DNA from: Cyanobacteria bacterium P01_F01_bin.150
Lineage (GTDB): Bacteria > Cyanobacteriota > Cyanobacteriia > CAKZMO01
NCBI GenBank assembly: GCA_039189765.1
Contig: JBCCYL010000026.1
Coordinates: 2,787-66,786 of the forward strand
Direction: 5' to 3'
Length of the DNA: 64,000 nucleotides
Shown here piece by piece: positions 9,425 through 20,082 of this stretch (positions are counted from its first letter, which is position 1; every line of letters begins with the position of its first letter). The position numbers and the translations under genes were made by a program. Under the pieces are notes generated by a model. The model made no database searches. It saw only the letters and a program-made list of their open reading frames with translations, and was not told the DNA's origin.

Positions 9425-11905
9425 ATGGTGTCAAGGTCAGTTGCTATCGATCCCTTGCAAGATTATTCTTTCAGCTATGTGATGCTGATACCCAGCTGGG
9501 AAAAGCATCCTGAATCTCCGTTATTGCTTATTGTCCCTGATATCGCGTTAGCCTGGAAGACAGCTCCTCAGGACATCCTTGTTTGCGAAGGCGTTACGCT
9601 AGATCGCATCCCCTTGACACGCTGGCGTCCTATCGATTGCACTGGCCCAAGCTAGTTTTGACGACTCCCGATGATCTGTTTCTGGCCGATTTCTCCTTTA
9701 TTCCCATGTCGCAGAGGCTATTCCAGGTGGTCTGATGCCCGAGAGGCCAAAACCCTTGATATGTGCAGGCGAACCTATTACGCCGCTGATTCCTCTCAAG
9801 CCCCTACTACTCAATTACTTTACGCCAGAAGAACTGATACAACGATTAACCTTTAGGCGTCTTCTCCCTCCAGAAGACGCCCAGGTTGAAGTTTCGCTGA
9901 GATTAACACTTTCCGGGCCAAATCACTTAGATAGTCCTAAAGATTATCACGTCACTAAAATTTATCCTCTGGAACAGAAAAATGTCCTAACAGCCATACC
10001 CGTCCTGGAAATTTGGCCTAACTTAAAGCTAAAGACTGGCGAACATACTATAGTCGCCACTTCGATTTAGGGGCAGGCAATCAAACGTTTCAGGTTCATT
10101 TTGAGGATGCCGCCGAAACAGTGCCCTTTAAAGATGATCAAGGTGCAAACTACTCGTTGATTCGATTGAGCGAATTTCCAACCAGCATTGAATGTTGGCA
10201 GCAGGACAGCAAGCTTATCGGCCTGATTTTACTGAAACAGCCGCCAGACTATTTCCCCGATGCGGACTGGCGAGTGGGGATTGATTTTAATCCCTCGTTT
10301 ACCAATATTGCCGTTGGCTGTGGAGGAAAAGTGGATCTTTTGGCGTTGGCACAAGATTTACACCTCAAGGTCACTAAGTCCCCGCTCAATAAGGGATTTC
10401 CCGCTTTGATCAAATATTTCCTCCCAGAGCGTTTTCTGCCAGCAGAGGAGCCTTTACCCTTGCACAGTATCCTGACTACCCGTGCAAGTCCGTGGGGAAT
10501 AATAAAGTAGGAGAGCGACCTATTTTAGACGGACGGATCCTTCTCCCAAACTTACGGGATTTTACTCCACAGGAAGATTGGATTTATTGCAATCTGGATT
10601 GCAATACAAATACTCTGAATGCCACTCGCTTATTTTTGAGAAATCTCATTTTGCTAATCTCAGCAAATGCTGTTAAGTAAAGGGCGAAAACGCTGATTTG
10701 GAAAATTTCCTATCCCACCCATCTCTCGCGCAACTCGCGCAATCTGCGCGTTAGGATTTGGAATGATCTACTTCAAGAATTGGCTATGATGACCGGACTG
10801 AACTATCGTATTGCACATAATCCTGACTCCAGTCATTTTATGACCGAAAGCGTCGCCTTTGGTCAATATTGGCCTGTTCACGAAGAATTAGAACTGGACT
10901 GTGCTGTTTGTTTGAATATGGGACCTCAAACCACAGATATTGGTATTTGGTGCCAGGAGCAACTGATTCACCAATGTTCAATCAATTTCACGGGTCGGGA
11001 TTTATTTACAAACGTCCTGCGCCTCAAGCCTGCCTCTATTGCCCGGTATTTTGAACGCAATCCTAACGAGTGGCAGAACCTGAGTGGAGATGATTTTTCC
11101 TGGAAATTAGCGGTCCTACTGCGCTGGGAGAGCCGGACTTGGCTTCGGAAAAAGCGGCCATCTCTCAAAGAAAATAAAGACTTCCAAGGACTGATTCGTA
11201 TCATTGCTCTGGGCTTTAGTGGTCTTCACTACTATCTTGGGCTGGCCATGCAGTCATTAGCGACCCACGGGCTATACTCCAAAGACGATCTGCCCTCGAT
11301 TTACCTGGGCGGCGGTGATATGGGGCGAGTGGGGTCCCCGCGTTTACACTGGCTCGACGAAGCAGGACAGTTTTATCCGCACACTGAAATCAACTGGCTA
11401 TTCAGTCACCTTTTGAGCAGTGCTGCTGGGCTACCCGTTACGCAAACGTATACGCACCTCAGCACTTCTCCACAACACGAAATTGCTTACGGGCTAATCT
11501 CCCCCAAGCCTCTCCTTAATCCGATTGCTCCCCATGACAGCCCACTATTTGTTGCAGGCGAAGCTTACCAGATTAACTTTACGCCCTGTGCCTGGAACCA
11601 CCCTATCTTAACCCATAGAGCCTATTCGCCAATTTAGTATTCCTCAGGTCGATAATCTGGCCATTTTCCTGTATGAATTTCATCAGTGCTTGACCAACCT
11701 TAAGCTTGATAGCGTTAAACCATTACCGGGCTACACGCCAAGCCCTGACCTATCAGCGAACCCAGAGCTATGGCAAAGCACCCAGGGCATCTTGGCACAG
11801 ATGTTAAACGATCGCCATCTAACAGATAAGTCTGAAACCATAAAAATGAACCCGCCATTTATTTTGGCCCTGAAAGCATTGCTGACCCATCTAGGGAATC
11901 AATAG
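9425..11905 (+). pseudogene. Degraded paralog of the 437-3715 ASKHA-domain gene, covering only the region equivalent to residues ~280-1092
   Basis: Seven ORF fragments (9425, 9671, 9735, 10121, 10492, 10780, 11690) lie in three different frames and align collinearly with the 1092-aa protein. Examples: PDDLFLADL.../AEAIPGGLMP, FKDDQGANY...GIDFNPSFTNIAVG, CLNMGPQTTDIGIW, IYLGGGDMG, and the C-terminal PGYTPSPDLSANPELWQ...PPFILALKALLTHLGNQ. Multiple frameshifts and stops. Confidence 0.6.
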
Positions 11906-12170
11906 GTCGACAATGAGCAGCCAAATTAAGCTACGCTGTCCATGCTCACGGCATAGAAGCTTTTGGGTTCAGCGAACTCTACCGTTCGATAGAGTTATGC
12001 TCAACATATACGGTCGCAAAGCCTGAGGCTTATGCTTGATCATAAACAGATTGGGTTTGGAACACGAAAAACGCTTTCCAAACCCAAGTTTTGTATTCAC
12101 TATGCACGGAAAGCAGATCATATCTTCAAAGAAGAACGCGATCGCCACATTTATCACATGCTTTTAAGCA

Positions 12171-13337
<1,167 letters not shown>

Positions 13338-13857
13338 TTAGAAAATAATGCATGCAACAGGATGTAAATCAGGGAAGCTTAACAACTGCTACAAGCCCTA
13401 TTAAATAAGCATTCTAACTTTAATAAAGTTTAACTGAAGTGTTAATAGTTATTTATCTAGCATGGCATTTATTTGGTTACATTTTTTATCTTAGGTTAGC
13501 TTTTATTTTTATTTTGAAACTATTAATTGTCTTAGTGCTATCTGAAGCACATCTTTAAAGCGGCGATGGCCGATAAGACTGCATCCTATTTCAACGCTCA
13601 ACATCCTAACCATTAAGTCTTTATTTAGGGGGACCAACTTAAGGAGAGAAATAGCGCGTCGCGCCCCATTTCTCTCCAATTTGTTTCGCCTGACGTTGGA
13701 ACTCTTTTTTAGTCTATTGGGCATCCTTAGGAATGAGGATTTAATTGCTTATCAATGCGTAGGGTGCCGTTAGCGATAGCGTAACGCACCGTTCCAGAAA
13801 GTTTGACACTTTAATAAATCCTCGTTCCTTAGACTAGTCCCGCGTCAGCTTTATTTT

Positions 13858-13899
13858 GAGGGGAAAATCCCTGCGGGATTTTCCCCTCATTTATTTTCC
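13858..13899 (+). terminator. Strong intrinsic-terminator-like hairpin: perfect 14-bp stem (GAGGGGAAAATCCC/GGGATTTTCCCCTC), 3-nt loop, followed by ATTTATTTTCC
   Basis: Perfect palindrome read directly from the sequence, with a U-rich tail only in the + orientation. No annotated + strand gene lies upstream. Confidence 0.4.
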
Positions 13900-14091
13900 T
13901 GACAGAGTACTAATGAGCCAAAGGAGAAAAAATGCAGATTCCAAAATGGGTATGGTGTTGTTTAGGCGGCTTAGTTGGGATGGTCCCAATGATGGGAGCT
14001 ACGTTCTTAAACATGGATCAAGTGACATGTCAGAACCATGATTTTGCCGGAGACGTTGTAAAGACCATCGGTTCAGAGTGTAACCCTTGAG

Positions 14092-15618
14092 CTATCGCTG
14101 CCCTGTAAGGGTTGTCAACAATGGTGGCTCATCAAGTTCGTGCTTGGGCAATGCCCAAGCACGAACTTGATGAGCCATGATTTTCAAGAGTATGCCCGGT
14201 GCCACTAGGTTATGAGGTTTATCCAACATATGATTGACCCGCGTCATTCGCTCATATACCTTTGCGTCCCGAGTAATAAGAGCCAACAATTGGGATTGAT
14301 ACCAATTGTTAAAGCGCTCCAACAAAGTATGGGGTTGATTACGGTTAATGTACTGCTGATCCATTTCCGTTGCCATTGACCAGGGAATTTCTTCCGCCTT
14401 GGCAAACTGTTGTTGAATGGTTTGACACCAATCCGAACGGAGCGCATCGGGTAACTGATGTAAAGCGTGATCTAAAATTTGGGCTTCGATCGCGGCCATT
14501 GTGATGCCTTGACCATACACCGGGTTAAAGGCACAGGCAGCATGACCCATCACCAAGAAATTGTCTGGGTACACGGCCAGCTTTTCGTAGGCTCGCAAAC
14601 GGTTTTCATTACCGCGATACACGTAAATACCGCTCAACGGCTTAGCATCTTTAATCGCGTTGTAGATTTCAGGCGTTGGCAGACTGCGAGCGTACTCCAA
14701 ATATTCTGCCTCATTGGTTGGTGGATAATCGGGAGCCGCCCCTCCCAATCCAACAATCCAGCGATCGCCCTCCACTGGAAATAAGATAGCCGCTCGCGTC
14801 TGATCCGGTAAACTGGGCCAAACAATTGCCGCTTTCCACTCCACCGACGGCTGGCTCGGGAGTTCATAGATGCGATGGGCGTAGCCAATACGGGCATCTA
14901 GAAACGTTTCATCAGGAGCTTCATAGCCCAAAGCCTGGAGCCATTGGGGAGCTTTTGAGGTTTTACCACTTGCATCGATCACCAAATTGGCCATCAATGT
15001 TTGCTCACCATCTGCGGTCTTAACGTGAACTCCGCCGATTCCCTTTTGGTCTGGCATGCCCACAAGCGATGTCACTTTTGCCCCTTCTAGAAACTGAATA
15101 TTAGACTGCTGGCACAATCGTCGTCGAATAATCCAATCCAGCAATCCTCTTGTGGGCGAAATCGTGAGAATAGAGCTTGCGTCTTTCTTCGCCACACCAT
15201 ACTGACTAAAGAAGCAAATGTCTTGAGAATCGTTCAACAGAGGAGCACCGTGGGAGACTAATTCATCGGTCAAACCAGGAAATAACTCCTCCAGAATAAG
15301 CTGGCCTCGCTGAAGCAGCACATGGAGAAAACGAGACTGGGGTATCCCTTTACGAGGCGTTGGCTCCATTGGATAAACATCACGCTCGATAACCGTCACC
15401 TGTTGATAATGCTTGGCTAGAATGTGACCGGCCAGTAGCCCCGTCATACTGCCACCAATCACAATGGCATGGCGGAAATATTCGGGAGAATGGGCAGAGA
15501 CAACCTTACCGTTATTTACTGTATTTTGCTTGAATGGCATCCTGGCATAGAGTTGGGCAAACATCGAAGAGGCGGTCTTGGACTGTGAAGTCTTCGCTTG
15601 CAATGTCTTGAGTGGCAT
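14092..15618 (-). CDS. FAD-dependent oxidoreductase/monooxygenase (flavoprotein hydroxylase family)
   Basis: N-terminal Rossmann dinucleotide motif VIGGSMTGLLAGHILAKHYQQVTVIERD. Later GHAACAFNPVYGQGITMA resembles the GD...P..GQG.N flavin-monooxygenase motif. The annotated start is probably too far upstream; MPFKQ at ~15540 is more likely. Confidence 0.7.
   Translation of the reverse strand: MPLKTLQAKTSQSKTASSMFAQLYARMPFKQNTVNNGKVVSAHSPEYFRHAIVIGGSMTGLLAGHILAKHYQQVTVIERDVYPMEPTPRKGIPQSRFLHVLLQRGQLILEELFPGLTDELVSHGAPLLNDSQDICFFSQYGVAKKDASSILTISPTRGLLDWIIRRRLCQQSNIQFLEGAKVTSLVGMPDQKGIGGVHVKTADGEQTLMANLVIDASGKTSKAPQWLQALGYEAPDETFLDARIGYAHRIYELPSQPSVEWKAAIVWPSLPDQTRAAILFPVEGDRWIVGLGGAAPDYPPTNEAEYLEYARSLPTPEIYNAIKDAKPLSGIYVYRGNENRLRAYEKLAVYPDNFLVMGHAACAFNPVYGQGITMAAIEAQILDHALHQLPDALRSDWCQTIQQQFAKAEEIPWSMATEMDQQYINRNQPHTLLERFNNWYQSQLLALITRDAKVYERMTRVNHMLDKPHNLVAPGILLKIMAHQVRAWALPKHELDEPPLLTTLTGQR
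14125..14177. repeat. Perfect inverted repeat (~24-26 bp arms, 5-nt spacer) inside the 3' coding end of the FAD-oxidoreductase gene
   Basis: TGGCTCATCAAGTTCGTGCTTGGG caatg CCCAAGCACGAACTTGATGAGCCA, read directly. It encodes ...AHQVRAWALPKHELDEP... in the minus-strand ORF. Confidence 0.6.
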
Positions 15619-15844
15619 GGGGTATTCCTCGCAATGCGATTGGGGCTGGATTGCAGTCTGGGAGATGTGTAAAACGTAGCTTATTTAATTGTGGAGCGTT
15701 CATGTAGCGTTGAACCGCAATCCGCCGTTTTTATTCGCATCCATTATGTCAAGAGCAGTCCTAAATGCCACTACCCGATCGGGTGATGTTAGCCATAAAA
15801 AATGATAAATTTTTGCCGTAGACGCAGGGATAAACAGCAACGAT

Positions 15845-16549
15845 ATGAAGAGCGGACGGAGTCAGTGGCAAGTCAGAGGGACATTATTTATGGTGGGTGT
15901 CAGCTTAGGGTTCTGGATCGGCGCACCAGTGATGGCCTCCACCGCAACGGCTGAAAATTATCGCATTCAGGGGCTAACCTATCGCCAGCAAGGGCGATTT
16001 GATGAGGCGATCGCCGCCATGGAAGCAGCCGTTACCCTTGATCCAAACAATGTCTCTGGTCAAGTGCTCTTAGGCTGGACCCAACATCTAGCGGCCCAAG
16101 GGCCAGATGCCGCTACCACTCTCACCACCGCCATCCAAATTGATCCATTTCATGTTGAAGCGTCCAATGCTCTCGGTATTGTTCATTTGGTTCAGGGGAA
16201 CTTATACTCGGCAATTGTGACCCATCTATGGGCATCCTATCTTCAGCCCAACAATGAAATTGCTTACTTTAATTTGAGTTTAGCGACTCAGCGCCTTGGC
16301 TATTACGAATGGGCCATTGAACTTGCGGCCCAGGCTGTTGAGCTGGAACCTTACAACCCTCATCCATTAATTGCGGAGGCGATCGCCCACTGGAGCATAG
16401 GCAATCGTGAAGAGGCGGAGGATAGATATGGAGAGGCGATCGCCCTCAGTCCTCGCTATCGGACCGCTCAGCTCCCCACTTACTTAAAGGCCGCTGCCTT
16501 TAGTCCTGACCAAATTCAAGTCGCACAACAAATTCTCGCGCGTCTGTAG
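15845..16549 (+). CDS. Secreted tetratricopeptide-repeat (TPR) protein
   Basis: N-terminal signal-like hydrophobic stretch, then repeated 34-residue TPR-like units (AIAAMEAAVTLDPNN..., ...AIELAAQAVELEPYNP..., ...YGEAIALSPRY). Confidence 0.6.
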   Translation: MKSGRSQWQVRGTLFMVGVSLGFWIGAPVMASTATAENYRIQGLTYRQQGRFDEAIAAMEAAVTLDPNNVSGQVLLGWTQHLAAQGPDAATTLTTAIQIDPFHVEASNALGIVHLVQGNLYSAIVTHLWASYLQPNNEIAYFNLSLATQRLGYYEWAIELAAQAVELEPYNPHPLIAEAIAHWSIGNREEAEDRYGEAIALSPRYRTAQLPTYLKAAAFSPDQIQVAQQILARL

Positions 16550-16717
16550 TGATATCAATCACAATCATCACCGACGAAGAACACAGGGAGAAATTTGGAA
16601 TATTATCCGGATGGGCTGAATCTATTGATAGACAAACACACAGACACACAAAACAACGCCCCTTTCTGATATCCGTTTCTCATTCATGAGACTTTTTTTC
16701 ATAAACACACCCACGGT

Positions 16718-16747
16718 CCCAGGTCATTGATGACCTGGGATTTTTTT
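16718..16747 (+). terminator. Rho-independent terminator (CCCAGGTCAT tga TGACCTGGG followed by TTTTTTT)
   Basis: Perfect 10-bp (9-10) stem and 7-T run read directly from the sequence, downstream of the TPR gene. Confidence 0.55.
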
Positions 16748-16910
16748 AGTCTTGTTTTTCACCAATCTCCCAACATGCATTGGGTTCTGAGTGACCCATC
16801 CTCTCCCATCCACAACCCTCTCCAGAAAAATATAGGTTCTTCTCCGTAACTCCCAGTTAAGCCAATGTAGCTTGGAACGTCCCCTAATAATTAAATGCTA
16901 AGGGTGAATC

Positions 16911-17597
16911 ATGTCCCAGTCCATCGAAGCATTGCAAGATACGTGGCTAAAAAAAGATTATCGATATGGTGCCGCCGACCTTACGGACAGCCATAAGGTT
17001 GCAGCAGCCAAGGGCAAGCGATATAAAGTCCTGTCCTATGACGAGCGAGACGGTAGAACTGAAATGGGTGGCCATTTCAAGATTGAGCTTGATCATGGTG
17101 GTGGCACCTGGTACATTTTTGCCGAACACTGGCAGTTACCGTGGCAAGTATTTGTCAAAGAACCGCTTCAAACCGTTCCTGAGTGGAATGAAGTGGACTG
17201 GACCGACTGGAATGCAGCGGTCTCCAAATATTTCACCGTTGGTGAAGTAACTAATATGTCTCGCGAACGCATTCCCACTGCCACCGAGATCAAGAAGAAT
17301 ATTATTGCGATCGCCCGTCACATGGACGACATTCGCGAGTGGTGGAATGGTCCTCTGGCGGTTAACTCTTGGTATCGTCCCTGGCATGTTAATGCTCGCA
17401 TTGGCTCCCGTGCTCCTAACCATCCCAATGGCTATGGCATCGATTTTCGTCCCCTTGGCGGCTCGGTATGGGAATTGCAAAAACGATTCCAAAATGAGTG
17501 GTACAACACTGGGAAATGGAATGGTGGCTTTGGACTCGGAGCTAGCAAAGGATTTATCCACCTTGACCTCCGAAACAAGCGCATCTGGAACTATTAG
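16911..17597 (+). CDS. Peptidase M15 family (zinc D-Ala-D-Ala carboxypeptidase / L-Ala-D-Glu peptidase-like)
   Basis: SRAPNHPNGYGIDFRP (H..G.A/G.D zinc-ligand motif) and GFIHLD (second His/Asp zinc ligands), typical of M15/VanY/hedgehog-type peptidases. Confidence 0.55.
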   Translation: MSQSIEALQDTWLKKDYRYGAADLTDSHKVAAAKGKRYKVLSYDERDGRTEMGGHFKIELDHGGGTWYIFAEHWQLPWQVFVKEPLQTVPEWNEVDWTDWNAAVSKYFTVGEVTNMSRERIPTATEIKKNIIAIARHMDDIREWWNGPLAVNSWYRPWHVNARIGSRAPNHPNGYGIDFRPLGGSVWELQKRFQNEWYNTGKWNGGFGLGASKGFIHLDLRNKRIWNY

Positions 17598-18652
17598 CGA
17601 TCGCTCGGCCGTCGTCGCTTTGAGTTAAGCTCCCGTTTGACCGCAATAGACCATTTGTCCACCATCGTCATCATCGCTGGCATCGTTGGTGCAGCCCGAT
17701 CTGCCAGATCTAGCTCTCCAACCACATCATTAAACGTTCGTCCCTTCGTCATTCGATAGCCAATTTCCTCTACCTCTTCCCACGTTAAATCACTATCTAC
17801 AAACGCCTGGGTCATGGTAATCAACAAGTCTTGATACTGATTGCCCTCTTCCTTGGTCATCATTGTGTGAGGAATATCTAAGACCCGATCAAAGCGATGG
17901 TACCAACAGCTCGGTTGATACTTAAGTGCCTTTTCAAACAGGGCATAGTGGTCTCGATTGCCAACAGCTTTATCGCTTTCACTGGAAATCATAAAGAAAG
18001 GCGCGGATGGACCCCTGCGCCCTTTTTTTAAGACATGTCTGCCAATTTGTAAGATGGCGCGGAGAGCGGGTAGGCTAAAGCCCAAATAGCTTGGCCCCAT
18101 AGTGCGAGACCATGCAAAATAGCCGTCCATTTTCTCTACAAAAAGATCAATCACCTTATTGCTATTGCTGAGATAGGGCGCAAATAACACCGCCCGATCC
18201 ACCATCTCTGGTTTTTCCACAGCCAACCAACTTGCTAATGTGCCACCGCCAGAAAGCCCACCCACGATGACGCGATCGCCCAGCAAATGGGCTAGCTGGA
18301 GCCAACGCAGCGCAAATCGCAGATAACTCTTGGCATCGGTTAACAAAGGCGGGGGATTATGCTTTCCCCACTCACCAGCCTGACCATGGCCTGGCATCAG
18401 CGGCACTAAAACATTATGGCCATGCTTAAATAGTGCCTCGGCCATCGGTGCAAATTGATAAGGTCCGGCCGTAAAGCCATGAAAGAAGAGGAATACTTTT
18501 GAGGTCTGTTGGGGAGCAAAATAAAACCGTGAACGACAGTCATCATCAAAAAGCGGGAGGTTCGTTTCAGAGAGACGAATGTTTTCAGAGAGCGTTGCCG
18601 TAATCTTTGAATAATCCTCTGGCATAAGCTTAGTGGATCGTTTGCAGTACAA
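17594..18652 (-). CDS. Alpha/beta-fold hydrolase
   Basis: GLSGGG nucleophile-elbow (GxSxG) motif. Downstream Asp/His candidates lie in a region that resembles alpha/beta-hydrolase topology. Confidence 0.6.
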   Translation of the reverse strand: MYCKRSTKLMPEDYSKITATLSENIRLSETNLPLFDDDCRSRFYFAPQQTSKVFLFFHGFTAGPYQFAPMAEALFKHGHNVLVPLMPGHGQAGEWGKHNPPPLLTDAKSYLRFALRWLQLAHLLGDRVIVGGLSGGGTLASWLAVEKPEMVDRAVLFAPYLSNSNKVIDLFVEKMDGYFAWSRTMGPSYLGFSLPALRAILQIGRHVLKKGRRGPSAPFFMISSESDKAVGNRDHYALFEKALKYQPSCWYHRFDRVLDIPHTMMTKEEGNQYQDLLITMTQAFVDSDLTWEEVEEIGYRMTKGRTFNDVVGELDLADRAAPTMPAMMTMVDKWSIAVKRELNSKRRRPSDR

Positions 18653-18964
18653 CCTGACGAGATATGCTGCAATTTTACGGCGTTATTATGTTTTTTGTCT
18701 TATGCCGAAATGTTGTGAAACAGATTCTGGGGTCTCAAGAGCTTTAGGCTTGAGCAACATGGGAATCAACTTAAGGTGGGAAATTCTGTTTTTTGGACAT
18801 GGTGTACTTAGCGAGCTAGCGAGTTGATCCCCAAAATTGCTAAGGGATGAAACAAAGTTGTTTTTTCGTCGTCAGGAAAAAGAAAGGCAAGCATAATTAA
18901 AAGTTAATTAAATTGATGTCTATACAAAGATATTGATTTGGTTCCCTGGTTAGGATTTCACCTT

Positions 18965-19078
18965 AGAGGGTGTCTGAAAATCCAAAGCTGAGAGCTAAAA
19001 TATTGATTCTTTCGTTGAAGCCCAATGGACGAAACAGCACTTTTTTATGATGCGATGCCCCTTTTCAGACACCCTCTT
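18965..19078. repeat. Long-range inverted repeat: 16-bp perfect arms AGAGGGTGTCTGAAAA / TTTTCAGACACCCTCT separated by ~82 bp
   Basis: Read directly. Lies in the divergent intergenic region between the alpha/beta hydrolase and L,D-transpeptidase genes. Confidence 0.5.
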
Positions 19079-19195
19079 AATCGGATATGGGATCATCGGT
19101 GGTCAAGGGACTGTCTGTCCCTATCGAATGCCCAACGTTGATGCTCATTCTCGGCTGTATCGGAGTCATTTATAAATCGTGATGACAGAACTATC

Positions 19196-19762
19196 GTGAG
19201 GAGCCTTATATCCATGAAACGTTTTTTGAAGAGTTGCCAGAATCACGTTGGACAATTACAAGCCATAAGCTGTCTAAAGGTTCTTTCCCCTTTAGCCTTG
19301 ATCTCATTAACCGCATTTATGCCTGAACCAATTCTCCCCACGGCTTGGGCAAGTACCAATATTCCTGAGACGATCGCATCTTTACAACAAGAGCAGCAGC
19401 GCTGGCTGGAGGTGGATTTATCCAAACAGCGCCTAATCGCTTGGGAAGGCAATACCCAGGTTTATGCGGTCGTTATTTCGGCTGGAACTGAATTTGACCC
19501 TACTCTACCAGGATCGTTTACGATTCAGTCTAAGCATGAAAGCGCTCGCATGCGTGGAGAGGGCTATGATGGTTCAACCTATGATATTGCCGATGTGCCT
19601 TTTACCATGTACTACGACGGTAATTATGCGATTCATGGGGCCTACTGGCATGAAAATTTTGGGACACCCGTAAGCCGAGGCTGCATTAATGTCGCCGTTA
19701 ATCATGCCGAGTGGTTTTTCTCTTGGGCATCGGTGGGGACTCCCGTGGTCGTTCACTATTAA
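19196..19762 (+). CDS. L,D-transpeptidase (YkuD/ErfK domain)
   Basis: HGAYWHENFGTPVSRGCINV is the catalytic His...Ser/Thr-x-Gly-Cys signature of L,D-transpeptidases. N-terminal signal-like hydrophobic segment. Confidence 0.8.
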   Translation: MRSLISMKRFLKSCQNHVGQLQAISCLKVLSPLALISLTAFMPEPILPTAWASTNIPETIASLQQEQQRWLEVDLSKQRLIAWEGNTQVYAVVISAGTEFDPTLPGSFTIQSKHESARMRGEGYDGSTYDIADVPFTMYYDGNYAIHGAYWHENFGTPVSRGCINVAVNHAEWFFSWASVGTPVVVHY

Positions 19763-20082
19763 CAATCCAATGCTATAGGTATGCTGCTGGCCCAGAGAGG
19801 TTGTAAAACCTCTCTGGGTTTTGAGCTAATTGCCAAAAACAAAATTATACTCTGCACGGCTGAGTGCTGGACTTTTTATAAGGTGTGTCCTCCGCTGCGC
19901 GGGGGACACACCTCCAAATCTTAGCCGTTGGCAGTATACCGTGTTCTCTGGTAAAACGAGTGCAGGGAATATTGCATGAGAACAACTCCGATGACAACAA
20001 GGTCATTAAGTCCGTCCTAAATTGCTGATGTACGTCTGGCATCTTCCAAGCTTTCAGGAGCAAAGCGTCGTGCCTTCTCCCG

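Noticed and set aside
10869-11204. Short ORFs 10869-11054 (+) and 10968-11204 (-) inside the pseudogene region
   Set aside because: They are out-of-frame or antisense to fragments that align with the ASKHA-domain protein; by-products of the decayed gene.
13856-14041. 61-aa + strand ORF starting inside the 13858-13899 hairpin
   Set aside because: The start codon lies within a perfect stem-loop with no RBS. More likely non-coding sequence around a terminator-like structure.
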